Below are positions 42,371-56,100 of a stretch of 64,000 nucleotides of DNA, one piece after another. The notes under the pieces are model-generated. The model saw only the letters and a list, made by a program, of their open reading frames with translations. It made no database searches and was not told the origin of the DNA. Source of the DNA: Macrostomum hystrix (taxonomy: Eukaryota; Animalia; Platyhelminthes); assembly GCA_950097015.1 (NCBI GenBank), contig CATNEN010000001.1, forward strand, positions 17,918,001 to 17,982,000, given 5' to 3'. The position numbers and the translations under genes were made by a program. Each line of letters opens with the position of its first letter. The stretch's first letter is position 1.

Positions 42371-43229
42371 TTGGTAGGAAATCCAGAATCCACGTGACAT
42401 TGTTTTCAATACAGCAAGTTTATTTTTGCTTTTTTACATGAAAATAAGTTACAGAAATTGTAAGCAACACGCAAGCAGAGTAACAAATTCTATAGTTAAA
42501 GTAGGTGAGACAGATGCGTTGCAATATGTGACAGAAAAAAGTTACATTATTTTAACTTTAACCAACAAAAAAATGATTTAATCAGAGATTGATTCAGAGA
42601 AACGAACAAAGCTATTATAACAAATGACAGCAAACGACAAGATTGAAAATATGAGGGCAAGTTAATTTGCGTTTGCCAATATTAGAGAAATTCAATTATA
42701 GAAATTTATTTAAATCAAATAAGTTTTCTAACGAATTCCTCAACTTACTAAAACACTTCTCAACTAGAAAACTGACCAATTGGCACTCAGCTAACTTAAA
42801 CCTCGCAAAAAACACAAAGACAGCATTCAATGTTCTAGTCTTTGTCAATCAAATACTGTACAATACGGTTATGTAATTAGATATTATAGATATAATCGAA
42901 TTTCAGTAGCTTTTAATTTCCTGAGAATAATCAATTAACAAAACTCTGCTGGTTTGGGCAGTACTTGGGCAGGTGGCAACTAAATTACGAGAATAAGCAG
43001 AAGCGGAAAACAATGACGAGATGCGAACAACAGCTAAAATATTGATTCTGTTCTGCTGGCTTCTCTCTGCTTCTAAAAGAGACAATCAGAAAATCTGGTA
43101 GATTCACGCAATTCGATTCGGCCTTGCAGCATTACAATGGATTTCACATTTGTGTGGAGGGACTTGGGTTTACAAAACTAGCTTTCACTGCTCATCCGGG
43201 GTCTGCTGCCCACGCTGGGCAACTACATC

Positions 43230-44190
43230 ACCTTCTCTCCCCTTTCTCATCTCTCCCGTGTCTTATCTCTTTTATGTCTAATCAATCCCGTCTCATCTCT
43301 CCCCTATCTCATCTCTTCCATGTCCAATCTCTCCCTGTCTTATCTCTCCCCTGTCTCATCACTTTCATGTCTCATCTCTCCCTGTCTCATCTCTCCCCTG
43401 TCTCATCACTTTCATGTCTCATCTCTCCGTCTCATCTCTCCTCTGTCTCATCTCTTCTATGTCTAATCTCTCCCTGTCTTATCTCTCCTCTGTCTAATCT
43501 CTCCTCTGTCTCATCACTTTCATGTCTCATCTCTCCCTGTCTTATCTCTCCCCTGTCTCATCACTTTCATGTCTCATCTCTCCCTGTCTCATCTCTCCCC
43601 TGTCTCATCACTTTCATGTCTCATCTCTCCGTCTCATCTCTCCTCTGTCTCATCTCTTCTATGTCTAATCTCTCCCTGTCTTATCTCTCCTCTGTCTAAT
43701 CTCTCCTCTGTCTCATCACTTTCATGTCTCATCTCTCCCTGTCTTATCTCTCCCCTGTCTCATCACTTTCATGTCTCATCTCTCCCTGTCTCATCTCTCC
43801 CCTGTCTCATCACTTTCATGTCTCATCTCTCCCTGTCTCATCTCTCCCCTGTCTCATCACTTTCATGTCTCATCTCTCCGTCTCATCTCTCCTCTGTCTC
43901 ATCTCTTCTATGTCTAATCTCTCCCTGTCTTATCTCTCCCCTGTCTCATCACTTTCATGTCTCATCTCTCCCTGTCTCATCTCTCCCCTGTCTCATCACT
44001 TTCATGTCTCATCTCTCCGTCTCATCTCTCTTCTGTCTCATCTCTTCTATGTCTAATCTCTCCCTGTCTTATCTCTCCTCTGTCTAATCTCTCCTCTGTC
44101 TCATCTCTTCTATGTCTAATCTCTCCCCTGTCTCATCTCTTTCATGTCTCATCTCTCCCCTGTCTCATCTCTCCCCAGTCTCATCTTCTG
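43230..44190. repeat. CT-rich compound repeat (TGTCTCATCTCTCCC variants)
   Basis: ~15-17-bp subunits in higher-order blocks. Confidence 0.93.
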
Positions 44191-44927
44191 TACTAGCCCG
44201 GAGGTACACACGCAGGCCGCAGACCCCTGGAGACGTTCAGTTGGCGTGAGAATAAACATTTTACGCTGGACAATAATAACAACAAGAATGACAATAATAA
44301 CAACAAGAATGACAATAATAACAATAAAACAGAATAAATGAAAGACCAGAAGACGGTGAGAATCTACGAGAAGCGGTTTCAGTGGGGAAGATAGAAATTG
44401 GGATCAGATAGTAGAATAAAATTTGAAGATCAACTTTTTATACATAATAAAACAAACAACAATTAGATGACGCATGATTGGAATATGACAATCACCTGCC
44501 TCTGTCTTTCAGTCTACATCGATGAAGATTATTCTTCAAAAAAGCAAAGTACAAACAGCTTGTACATAGGGAGTACATCGAATCGATAAGCGCAGTTATT
44601 TATAAGCATTCTACTCAGAAAAAAACTACTCAAAACAGTCTACAATGCTAAAATATAACAACTTAACAATACGAAATAAAAAGAATCTAGAATTGCAAAG
44701 CTCTAGACAAGCGAATAATAATTACACTACAATAACAGTAACGGCCCTTTGCCGGATTCTCGACAATAACAAAAACAACAAACAAACAAACAAACAAACA
44801 AACAAACAAACAACAAACAACTGATGAGAAAATGTTCGGTTATTAAAAAAAATAAGACTGAGACAGACTCCCACGCACGTTACGTAACAGAATATAGCCG
44901 ACCAGGCTTCGAACCTGCGACCTTTGG

Positions 44928-45082
44928 CTAGCCGCGGTGGGCGGCCGCAGCCATTGTCGTCGCCGCGTTCGGCGGGCTGGCGTACCCGGAGTCCGGAGTG
45001 CCGCAGCTGCCACTGCGGGCTTCCGTGACCGAAGCCTGGGCGGCAGCCACCGCGGCCGAGGAAGAGGCCGATGTGATGTCCT
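44928..45082 (-). CDS. MXD: Mad/MXD probable terminal exon
   Basis: ctcatccAG|ag phase 1; EDITSASSS..SGSCGTPDSGYASPP..HRG*; DSGYAS recalls the Mad C-terminal SDEGYSS; not in the ORF track. Confidence 0.75.
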
Positions 45083-45109
45083 CTGGATGAGTTGGGGATG
45101 GTAGAATTG

Positions 45110-45382
45110 AGATTGGGATCTGGGATCTGGGATCTAGGATCTGGGATCTGGGATCTAGAATCTAGGATCTGGGATCTGGGTTCTGGGATCTGGGATCTAG
45201 AATCTAGGATCTGGGTTCCAGGATCTGGGATCTAGGATCTGTGATCTAGGATCTAGGATCTAGGATCTGGGATCTAGGATCTAGGATCTGGGATCTAGGA
45301 TCTGGTATCTGGGTTCTAGGATCTGGGATCTAGGATCTGTGATCTAGGATCTAGGATCTGGGATCTAGGATCTGGTATCTGA
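45110..45382. repeat. 7-bp GGATCTR repeat
   Basis: Ends about 30 nt from the MXD terminal acceptor. Confidence 0.93.
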
Positions 45383-45792
45383 GATTTCAAGTGTTTAAAA
45401 GGAAGAGGATTCAGCTAAGCTTATCCTTAAAAGTCTTAAAACTCTTTTATTGCTACTTCTAACAAGTATTTAGTAGTATAAAATAATATGAAGCTATTTT
45501 CTCAAGCAGCCCAACCGATTTAGCACAGGCATGTGACTAGCATTTGTACGCGGCATGAAAATGCACCGAAAAAGTGCACAGAAGTTTTTCTCCCCTTCGG
45601 GTCGGACACAGAGAAGTTGGAAAACAAACTGGGAGAAACTGTGACCAACTGTTGCTGAGTAAAGACAAAAGCTTAGCAAAGCAGGAAATTCCTTTGAATT
45701 ATTGAAAGCTAGATCAGATTGGAAGCAAGGTAGAAAGATCAATTGACAGGTAAGAAGATGAATATTTAAGTAGTTAAATATAAATATATAAT

Positions 45793-45825
<33 letters not shown>

Positions 45826-46706
45826 GTAGATAGATAGGTAGGTGGATAGGTAGGTGGATAGGTAGGTGGAAAGGTAGGTGGAAAGGTAGGTGGATAGGTG
45901 GCTAAGTGATGGGTAGAATCAGCATCAGCCGCTGGCCCAAATTCAGTGTCAAATAGTTTCCCATGTCGTGAAGAATTTCCCCTGACATCCCGCTCCCCGG
46001 GTTTGCGAGCTCGCGTGACTCAAACCTTCGCTCACGCTCTGACAAGGCCAGTTCCTCTGCTATCCTTGATGTATTTTTGTCAAAAGAGAACCCTAAAAGC
46101 TGCAGTTTTTTTCGTTTCTCAAAGGAACCCTACATTTGACAAAGGCCGGGGGTGACACCAGAGTGAATACTCGCATTGCTGATTAACGATAAGAGATCGT
46201 AACTAGGGACTAAAATCCCAATAATCCCATATACATAGACGTACAGATAGAAAAATGTAAACTCTGTACAAGTTCCCTGTGCCCGCAAGCTCTCTCAGCC
46301 CTGAAATGTCATTACTGACACAGAAACCTCAGGTTTTCATTTTCTTGTGTTTGTTTCTTGCGCGCCGGAATTTCAGCTTGGCTGGCCTTGAAAATTGATC
46401 AAAATATGAGAAGAGAGCGGCATTAATTGTCGCATCCGTGAGCTGTCCTGTAGCAAAATAAGATTGAATTAGAATGGTTAATTTCGGCTAATTCAATCAG
46501 GGCAACGAAGGCTTTGAAGTCGATCTGAGGATCCGAGGACGACTCAACTAGCAATGCCCGGACCGGAAGAAGACGGGCTTCACTGACACGACAGCTTGGC
46601 CTCCGGGTTTTTTAATCCCTTTTTTGAATCTGGGGATCTTCAGGGAGTTGCATAACTATCACCTAGATCTTCAGCGTTCTGACTTGGTTACTTTTGGATT
46701 TCGTTG

Positions 46707-47787
46707 ATTCTGCCTCTGATTCTTCAGGCTGTTGCTAATGCTGCCCCTGATTCTTCAGGCTGTTGCTAATGCTGCCCCTGATTCTTCAGGCTGTTGCTAA
46801 TGCTGCCCCTGATTCTTCAGGCTGTTGCTAATTCTGCCTCTGATTCTTCAGGCTGTTGCTAATGCTGCCTCTGATTCTTCAGGTTGTTGCTAATGCTGCC
46901 TCTGATTCTTCAGGCTGTTGCTAATGCTGCCCCTGATTCTTCAGGCTGTTGCTGATTCTGCCTCTGATTCTTCAGGCTGTTGCTAATGCTGCCCCTGATT
47001 CTTCAGGCTGTTGCTAATGCTGCCCCTGATTCTTCAGGCTGTTGCTAATGCTGCCCCTGATTCTTCAGGCTGTTGCTAATGCTGCCTCTGATTCTTCAGG
47101 CTGTTGCTAATGCTGCCCCTGATTCTTCAGGCTGTTGCTGATTCTGCCTCTGATTCTTCAGGCTGTTGCTAATGCTGCCCCTGATTCTTCAGGCTGTTGC
47201 TAATGCTGCCTCTGATTCTTCAGGCTGTTGCTAATGCTGCCTCTGATTCTTCAGGCTGTTGCTAATGCTGCCTCTGATTCTTCAGGCTGTTGCTAATGCT
47301 GCCTCTGATTCTTCAGGCCGTTGCTAATTCTGCCTCGGATTCTTCAGGCTGTTGCTAATTCTGCCTCTGATTCTTCAGGCTGTTGCTAATGCTGCCTCTG
47401 ATTCTTCAGGCTGTTGCTAATGCTGCCCCTGATTCTTCAGGCTGTTGCTAATTCTGCCTCTGATTCTTCAGGCTGTTGCTAATGCTGCCTCTGATTCTTC
47501 AGGCTGTTGCTAATGCTGCCTCTGATTCTTCAGGCCGTTGCTAATTCTGCCTCGGATTCTTCAGGCTGTTGCTAATGCTGCCCCTGATTCTTCAGGCTGT
47601 TGCTAATGCTGCCTCTGATTCTTCAGGCCGTTGCTAATTCTGCCTCGGATTCTTCAGGCTGTTGCTAATGCTGCCTCTGATTCTTCAGGCTGTTGCTAAT
47701 GCTGCCCCTGATTCTTCAGGCTGTTGCTGATTCTGCCTCTGATTCTTCAGGCTGTTGCTAATGATTCCTCAGCTGATTATTCAGGCT
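46707..47787. repeat. 31-bp CTGATTCTTCAGGCTGTTGCTAATGCTGCCY repeat
   Basis: About 34 units. Confidence 0.97.
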
Positions 47788-48369
47788 AAAACGAATAACT
47801 ATACAATTAATTCTACAGCCTAGATTTCTAACCTAAGGATAGAATAGGATTGATGCAGTTTAGAAATGAAACTCGACAGCAGAAAATTAAAAGATTGACG
47901 ATACAGAAAGAGACTTGCGCCATTAGCGTGCGGAACATATCAAGTACAGGAGCACTAAACTCACTGGCCGCAAGCTATAAAAGTACAAAACTGTGCAACT
48001 AGCTTTTAGAGTGTGAGAGAGAGAAGCGAGGGAGAGAAGGGGAGAGAAAGGATCGGGCCATGGGATCTAAGCCTTAGATCGGCGTGCTGTAGGTTCCGTG
48101 TGCGATATAGTTTATGCATTTAGTTAAATACAAATTTCCGATAAGAGGGGGCCTGTTTATCCGCGGCAGTTTGACAGTGCGATTGGATTGCCCGGCACTT
48201 TGTTTTAGTTATAACCCTGCGCGCGCTTTTTTTTCTGGAACATTTGCACTACTGATCGTGATTTTTTAAGATTATAGGGATTTGGGACTTTAGGGATCTG
48301 GAAGTTTAGGTACAGGGACGTTGAGAAGAAGATCCTTTTATTGATTTAGAACCATAAGGATTAAAGATT

Positions 48370-48740
48370 CAAGGGATTTAGAAGTTTAGGGATTAGGGAT
48401 TTCAGGGATTTAGGAGTTTAGGGATTAGGGATTTCAGGGATTTAGGAGTTTAGGGATTAAGGAGTTTAGGGATTTAGGAGTTTAGGGATTAAGGATTTCA
48501 GGGATTTAGGAGTTTAGGGATTAAGGATTTCAGGGATTTAGGAGTTTAGGGATTAAGGATTTCAGGGATTTAGGAGTTTAGGGATTAAGGATTTCAGGGA
48601 TTTAGGAGTTTAGGGATTAAGGATTCAAGGGATTTAGGAGTTTAGGGATTTAAGGATTTCAGGGATTGGATTAAGGATTTCAGGGATTTAGGAGTTGAGG
48701 GATTAAGGATTTAAGGGATTTAGGAGTTTAGGGATTTGGA
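48370..48740. repeat. ~32-bp TTAGGGATTAAGGATTTCAGGGATTTAGGAGT repeat
   Basis: Tandem units containing TTAGGG. Confidence 0.92.
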
Positions 48741-49145
48741 GGTTCGGCGATTCTTTCTCAAAACCGAGTACTAGAAGATTGGGTAGTTAATAATTTTTTG
48801 TAAAAAAATAATTATTATAATTGACATTTCATAGCTGAAAAGTAGGCTCAGCAGGCATAGCAGAGCTGGCTAATCAATAATTCAAAACTGAATAAAAATG
48901 GATCCTCAATTCAACTCTGCATTGCCGCATTTGAGTCTCTAAGCTGTTAATGAGGCTTTGAGTCATTCTCGGTCAGCTGCATGACCTTCGCATAGAATTT
49001 TAATGGGAATAAAAATATTAATAGCCACTCAAATTACTCTATAATCGATTTGACTAATCAAATACCATCTCAAAAGAGTCATCTGTGACCATCGAACCAA
49101 CGATTTCTGACCGAAAAATATAATACTATTGTAACGGGTGTATCC

Positions 49146-49415
49146 GTGACCATTTGAACTGACTCATCTATGACAATTGACTCATCTATGACCATTTGAA
49201 CTGACTCATCTATGACAATTGACTCATCTATGACCATTTGACCTGACTCATCTATGACAATTGACTCATCTATGACCATTTGAACTGACTCATCTATGAC
49301 TATTGACTCATCTATGACTACTGACTCATCTATGACTATTGACTCATCTATGACCATTTGAACTGACTTATCTATGACTATTGACTCATCTATGACCAGT
49401 TGAACTGACTCATCT
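49146..49415. repeat. 18/24-bp TGACTCATCTATGAC repeat
   Basis: Alternating subunits. Confidence 0.92.
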
Positions 49416-49909
49416 ATCTATTACCAAACATCCTAAAACTACATCTAAGCGTATTAATAACCCACGATAAGTTGTCCGTGTGGCAGCTGAACATGTGTTA
49501 AACCTGAACCATGCTTTAGTATGCTAGCTGTGCAGTGCAGTGACGGAGATAACTAGACCCTGATAAGTTTGAGGGCCGCTTGCTGCCCTACCGAGTTGTG
49601 CACAAACCTTCACTTCAAATTCACACCGGTGCCTTCGCAATGCTAGACAAGGCAGGGCCACAGAATCTTACCACTGGCCTACAAGGTAGAGGACGCTTCT
49701 ACAAGAGGTCACGACCCCAGAATCTACTGTACCGCTTGCAGACTTTGTTGCTGTTGCTTCCTGCTAGAATCTGGCATAACACCGGCAAACTCGTTTTCGA
49801 TGCCCGGCTCATAAAACTAATCCTTCGGCCAGGCCAGATCCTTCGACTTTTATCGGCACATCAAATACCGTCAGTGATTTCGTTCCTTTCGTTCTCTACG
49901 CAATTTTAC

Positions 49910-50686
49910 ACTCATCTTCTATCTCCCGTCTTATCTCCCACATCCACTTCTCACCCCCCACCTCCCCACTCATCTCTCACCTCCACCTCACATCTCCCAC
50001 CTCCGTCTCTCATCTCCCACCTCCGTCTCTCATCTCCCACCTCCACCATTCATCTCCCACCTCTCATCTCCCACCTCCCCTCTTATCCCCCAACTCCACA
50101 TCTCATCCCCACCTCCACCTCTTATCTCCCACCTCCGTCTCTCATCTCCCACCTCCATCATTCATCTCCCACCTCTCATCTCCCACCTCCCCTCTTATCC
50201 CCCAACTCCACATCTCATCCCCACCTCCACCTCTTATCTCCCACCTCCCCTCTCATCCCCCACCTCCACCTCTTATCTCCCACCTCCACATCTCATCTCC
50301 CACCTCCACCTCTCATCCCCCACATCCACCTCTCATCCCCCACCTCCACCTCTCATCCCCACCTCCACCTCTTATCTCCCACCTCCACATCTCATCTCCC
50401 ACCTCCCCTCTCATCCCCCACCTCCACATCTCATCTCCCACCTCCCCTCTTATCCCCCACCTCCACATCTCATCCCCGCCTCCACCTCTTATCTCCCACC
50501 TCCACATCTCATCTCCCACCTCCACCTCTTATCTCCCACCTCCACATCTCATCTCCCACCTCCACCTCTTATCTCCCACCTCCACATCTAATCTCCCACC
50601 TCTACCTCTCATCCCCCACATCCACCTCTCATCTCCCACCTCCACCTCTCATCCCCCACATCCACCTCTCATCCCCCACCTCCACA
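49910..50686. repeat. C-rich CCCACCTCCACMTCTCATCT repeat
   Basis: ~20-bp degenerate units. Confidence 0.92.
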
Positions 50687-51215
50687 ATCCAGATCCCAGA
50701 ACTTAGATCACATAGAATCCCAGTTTGCAAGTTTCTCCCAGTCACAAAGATGTCACTAAAATAGCCCCATGTGAGATTAGCGCTTTCCGTGGCCAAATAA
50801 GGATAAGGGAAGGTCTTAATCTTGGCGTAGCTACGAGATTGCCTGAGCAATTCACCCAGCCCAGCCTAGGCCCAACTTGTACCGGACTAAATAAAAAAGT
50901 CGCTGGGGTGGGGCAGGCTATTTATCTAGCTCAGCCTTACGCCTAGCCGGTGAACTAACGGCCCCAGATCCATCCTGTGAGCACAAGTGAGAGAGAGAGA
51001 GAATTGAGTGACTCGCTGGTTAACTGAAGCGGGTGAGGGATGGCATCTAGGATTGTGTAGGCTGTGACCAGAACCCCAGGGTGTGGTACAGTGGCCTATG
51101 CTCACTAGCTATGCTCAATCAATTAACTTTATTGACCAAGTCCCAAGTCCCAAGCTTGACCCAATGTTCAAAGACTGCCGCCAACTGGAATATTGTGTGA
51201 CACACGGGCATGCGA

Positions 51216-52087
51216 ACTAACTGACTGACTGACTAACTAACTGACTGACTGACTGACTGACTGACTGACTGACTAACTGACTGACTAACTAACTGACTGA
51301 CTGACTAACTGACTAACTGACTAACTAACTAACTGACTGACTGACTGACTGACTGACTAACTGACTGACTAACTAACTGACTGACTGACTAACTGACTAA
51401 CTGACTAACTAACTAACTGACTGACTGACTGACTGACTAACTGACTGACTGACTAACTGACTAACTGACTAACTAACTGACTAACTAACTAACTGACTAA
51501 CTAACTAACTAACTGACTAACTAACTAACTGACTAACTAACTAACTGACTAACTAACTAACTGACTAACTAACTAACTGACTAACTAACTAACTAACTGA
51601 CTAACTAACTAACTGACTAACTAACTAACTGACTAACTAACTGACTGACTAACTAACTAACTGACTAACTAACTAACTGACTAACTAATTAACTGACTAA
51701 CTAACTGACTAACTGACTGACTGACTAACTAACTAACTGGCTGACTGACTGACTGACTTAACTAACTGACTAACTAACTTACAACTAACTGACTGACTAA
51801 CTAACAAACTAACTAACTGACTAACTAACTAACTGACTAACTAACTAACTGACTAACTAACTAACTGACTGACTGACTGACTGACTAACTGACTGACTAA
51901 CTAACTGACTAACTGACTAACTAACTAACTAACTAACTAACTGACTAACTAACTAACTAACTGACTAACTAACTAACTGACTAACTAACTAACTGACTAA
52001 CTAACTAACTGACTAACTAACTAACTGACTAACTAACTAACTAACTGACTAACTAACTAACTGGCTAACTAACTAACTAACTAACTG

Positions 52088-52118
<31 letters not shown>

Positions 52119-53142
52119 GACTAACTAACTGACTGACTAACTAACAAACTAACTAACTGACTAACTGACTGACTGACTAACTAACTAACTGACTAACTAA
52201 CTAACTGACTAACTAACTAACTGACTAACTAATTAACTGACTAACTAACTGACTAACTGACTGACTGACTAACTAACTAACTGGCTGACTGACTGACTGA
52301 CTTAACTAACTGACTAACTAACTTACTAACTAACTGACTGACTAACTAACAAACTAACTAACTGACTAACTGACTGACTGACTAACTAACTAACTGACTA
52401 ACTAACTAACTGACTAACTAACTAACTGACTAACTAATTAACTGACTAACTAACTGACTAACTGACTGACTGACTAACTAACTAACTGGCTGACTGACTG
52501 ACTGACTTAACTAACTGACTAACTAACTTACTAACTAACTGACTAGCTAACTAACTAACTAACTAACTGACTGACTAACTAACTGACTAACTAACTAACT
52601 GACTAACTAACTAACTGAATAACTGACTAACTAACTTACTGACTGACTAACTAACTGACTAACTAACTGACTAACTAACTAACTGACTGACTAACTAACT
52701 AACTGACTAACTAACTAACTGACTGACTAACTAACTAACTGACTGACTAACTAACTGACTGACTAACTAACTGAATAACTGACTAACTAACTAACAAACT
52801 AACTGACTGACTAACTAACTAACTGACTAGCTAACTAACTAACTAACTAACTGACTGACTAACTAACTAACTGACTGACTAACTAACTAACTGACTGACT
52901 GACTAACTAACTAACTGACTAACTAACTAACTGACTGACTGACTGACTGACTAACTAACTGACTAACTAACTAACTGACTAACTAACTGACTAACTGACT
53001 GACTGACTAACTAACTAACTGACTGACTGACTGACTTAACTAACTGACTAACTAACTTACTAACTAACTGACTAGCTAACTAACTAACTAACTAACTAAA
53101 CTAACTGACTAACTAACTAACTGACTGACTAACTAACTAACT
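51216..53142. repeat. 1.9-kb compound (ACTA/ACTG)n microsatellite
   Basis: Mixed tetramers. Confidence 0.97.
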
Positions 53143-53159
53143 ATTGAAAAATCGTGTTC

Positions 53160-53255
53160 ACATAAACAGAATTCTGATCACATAAACAGAATCCTGATCC
53201 CATAAACAGAATCCTGATCCCATAAACGGAATTCTGATCCCATAAACAGGATCCT
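53160..53255. repeat. 20-bp CATAAACAGAATCCTGATCC repeat
   Basis: About 5 units. Confidence 0.85.
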
Positions 53256-54113
53256 GATTCTGTAACACAGAGCTCAAACTGATCATACATGCATTGAAAT
53301 TCTGACCACAAAGCTAAACTTTCGTCCCTAAGCCCACAAACACACACAAGGCACAAGTGGTCCTGTCCAGATGTTGTTCAAACTGATTTTCCTGAGCGTG
53401 AGCACGTTGCTCAAGTGGGTCACGTGACCCGATTGTCAACAGAGAATTTTCGTAAGGCCTTTCTTTGAAACGCGAAAATCCCCACCGACAGAACAGAACT
53501 TTGCAGACTTGGAGAAGGGAATAGGTTTTTTATTCGGTCCTGAATGAAATCCCGCAGTGAGGTACGGGCAGGTACCCCCGTATTGATTGTTTGCTTAAAC
53601 AGACTTTGGTAAATGCCTGGCAAAAAACAAAAGAGAAACAGACTGGGAGAAAAGCGGAGCCACGGAAGCGGAACCGGGTTTGTTTCATTGTCTTTTCCCA
53701 ATTTGCATATCCCAATGTCTGATTATCCCTTCCCACAATCTTCCGCAATTATCGATTTTTCCTATTCTAACAGAGCTTTTTCTCTTACAACTAAAAATGC
53801 TCACACATTATGGCGAGGAACATTATTTTCTCTTTTAATCTTAGCGTTTACCTTTAAAAGCGAATTCAACCCTGGCATCTAGTGGGTGGGATAAACACAC
53901 GCGGTTTCGCCCGACACGGGGAAACTAAACCTAGTCCAGTACAAAGGTCATCCAGGTCAGAAATTGTTCCTTATCAGCCTGACACTAAAAGCAAGCCCTG
54001 ATAATGTTGCCCCGCCGATGCACAGAGGTTTCCAACCGGCAATGTGATATCGGGATTAGCCAGGTAGGACTGGCCCCTGATCTGCTGGGACGGAGGAACT
54101 GTTAAAGTTGCTT

Positions 54114-54492
54114 GACTGAGATTTGGGTGTTATTAGACTGAGATTTGGTGAGATTAGACTCAAATTGGGTGAGATTAGACTAAGATAGGGTGAGATTAAA
54201 CTAAGATAGGGTGAGATTAGACTAAGATGGGGTAAGATGGTGAGATTGGACTAAGATAGGGTGAGATTAGACTCAGATAGAGTGAGATTAGACTCAAATA
54301 GGGTGAGATTAGACTCAAATAGGGTGAGATTAGACTACGATTGGGTGAGATTCGACTAAGATAGGGTAAGATTGTGAGATTAGACTAAGATAGGGTGAGA
54401 TTAGACTCAGATAGAGTGAGATTAGACTCAGATAGGGTGAGATTAGACCCAGATAGGGTGAGATTGGTCAGAGCAATAGAAATTAGACTAAG
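54114..54492 (+). repeat. 21-bp AGGGTGAGATTAGACTMARAT repeat (left arm)
   Basis: Reverse complement of the 54975-56100 array. Confidence 0.93.
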
Positions 54493-54974
54493 AATGTGCT
54501 CAAGGTATACTATAAGCGTTGAGGCAAGGCTAGGAAAGAAAAAGTTAGTCAACCAGCCCCAGCTATGGGCCAAATCTGCAGCCATAAAAAGACGAAAAAT
54601 GCTAAATATTTGATGGCATTAGCATAGTCACACTTCCATAGCCCCAGCCTTACGCACATATCAGGCCCAGCTGCATCAATCACCATTCTGCTTCCTGATG
54701 CTCCAAAGCCAAGCGGTAGGCACAGTCGAGTCAATTAACAGGCCATTGTGCCGGCCTCACTAAGCCCACCAATGCGCCATTGCAAGCCAACTAGCTAAAT
54801 AGAATTTGTGCCTGCTCAGTACGGCCTGACAACCCGGGTCTCCTGCAGCGCCATTATCTACTGGATCTGACTTATAGAATAAACTCCCAATGGGGGGTGA
54901 GATTAGTCTATGGGAAAGTAGAGTTTGGTTCAGGTATTTACTTTGAATATCAAATGTGAAATCTGACGTAAATA

Positions 54975-56100
54975 GTCGAATCTCACCCCAATCTCAGTCT
55001 GATCTCACCCTAATCTGTCTAATCTTACCCTATTTGAGTCTAATCTTACTCAATCTCACACAATCTCAGTCTAATCTCACCCTATTTGAGTCTAATCTCA
55101 CACAATCTCAGTCTAATCTCACCCTATTTGAGTCGAATCTTACACAATCTTACCATAATCTGAGCCTGATCTCACCCTATTTAAGTCTAATCTCACACAA
55201 TCTCAGTCTAATCTCACCCTATTTGAGTCGAATCTTACACAATCTCAGTCTAATCTCACCCTATTTGAGTCTAATCTCACACAATATCACCCTATTTGAG
55301 TCTAATCTCACACAATATCAGTCTAATCTCACCCTATTTGAGTCTAATCTCACACAATCTCAGTCTAATCTCACCCTATTTGAGTCTAATCTCACACAAT
55401 CTCAGTCTAATCTCACCCTATTTGAGTCTAATCTCACACAATCTCAGTCTAATATCACCCTATTTGAGTCTAATCTCACACAATCTCAGTCTAATCTCAC
55501 CCTATTTGAGTCTAATCTCACACAATCTCAGTCTAATCTCACCCTATTTGAGTCTAATCTCACACAATCTCAGTCTAATCTCACCCTATTTGAGTCTAAT
55601 CTCACACAATCTCAGTCTAATCTCACCCTATTTGAGTCTAATCTCACACAATCTCAGTCTAATCTCACCCTATTCGAGTCTAATCTCACACAATCTCAGT
55701 CTAATCTCACCCTATTTGAGTCGAATCTTACACAATCTCAGTCTGATCTCACCTATTTGAGTCTAATCTCACACAATCTCAGTCTAATCTCACCCTATTT
55801 GAGTCGAATCTTACACAATCTCAGTCTGATCTCACCTATTTAAGTCTAATCTCACCTATTGAGTCTAATCTCACACAATCTCAGTCTAATCTCACCCTAT
55901 TTGAGTCTAATCTCACACAATCTCAGTCTGATCTCACCTATTTAAGTCTAATCTCACACAATCTCAGTCTAATCTCACCCTATTTGAGTCTAATCTCACA
56001 CAATCTCAGTCTAATCTCACCCTATTTGAGTCTAATCTCACACAATCTCAGTCTAATCTCACCCTATTTGAGTCGGATCTTACACAATGTCAGTCTGATC
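54975..56100 (-). repeat. 42-bp (2x21) AGTCTAATCTCACCCTATTTG/AGTCTAATCTCACACAATCTC repeat (right arm)
   Basis: Dimeric tandem units. Confidence 0.95.

Noticed and set aside
48370-48740. Interstitial telomere
   Set aside because: TTAGGG appears about once per 32-bp unit, never as (TTAGGG)n.
49580-50764. 394-aa Pro/His/Ser ORF (and similar ORFs at 41198-42082, 43124-44196, 54956-55843)
   Set aside because: Low-complexity repeat translations without coding signatures.
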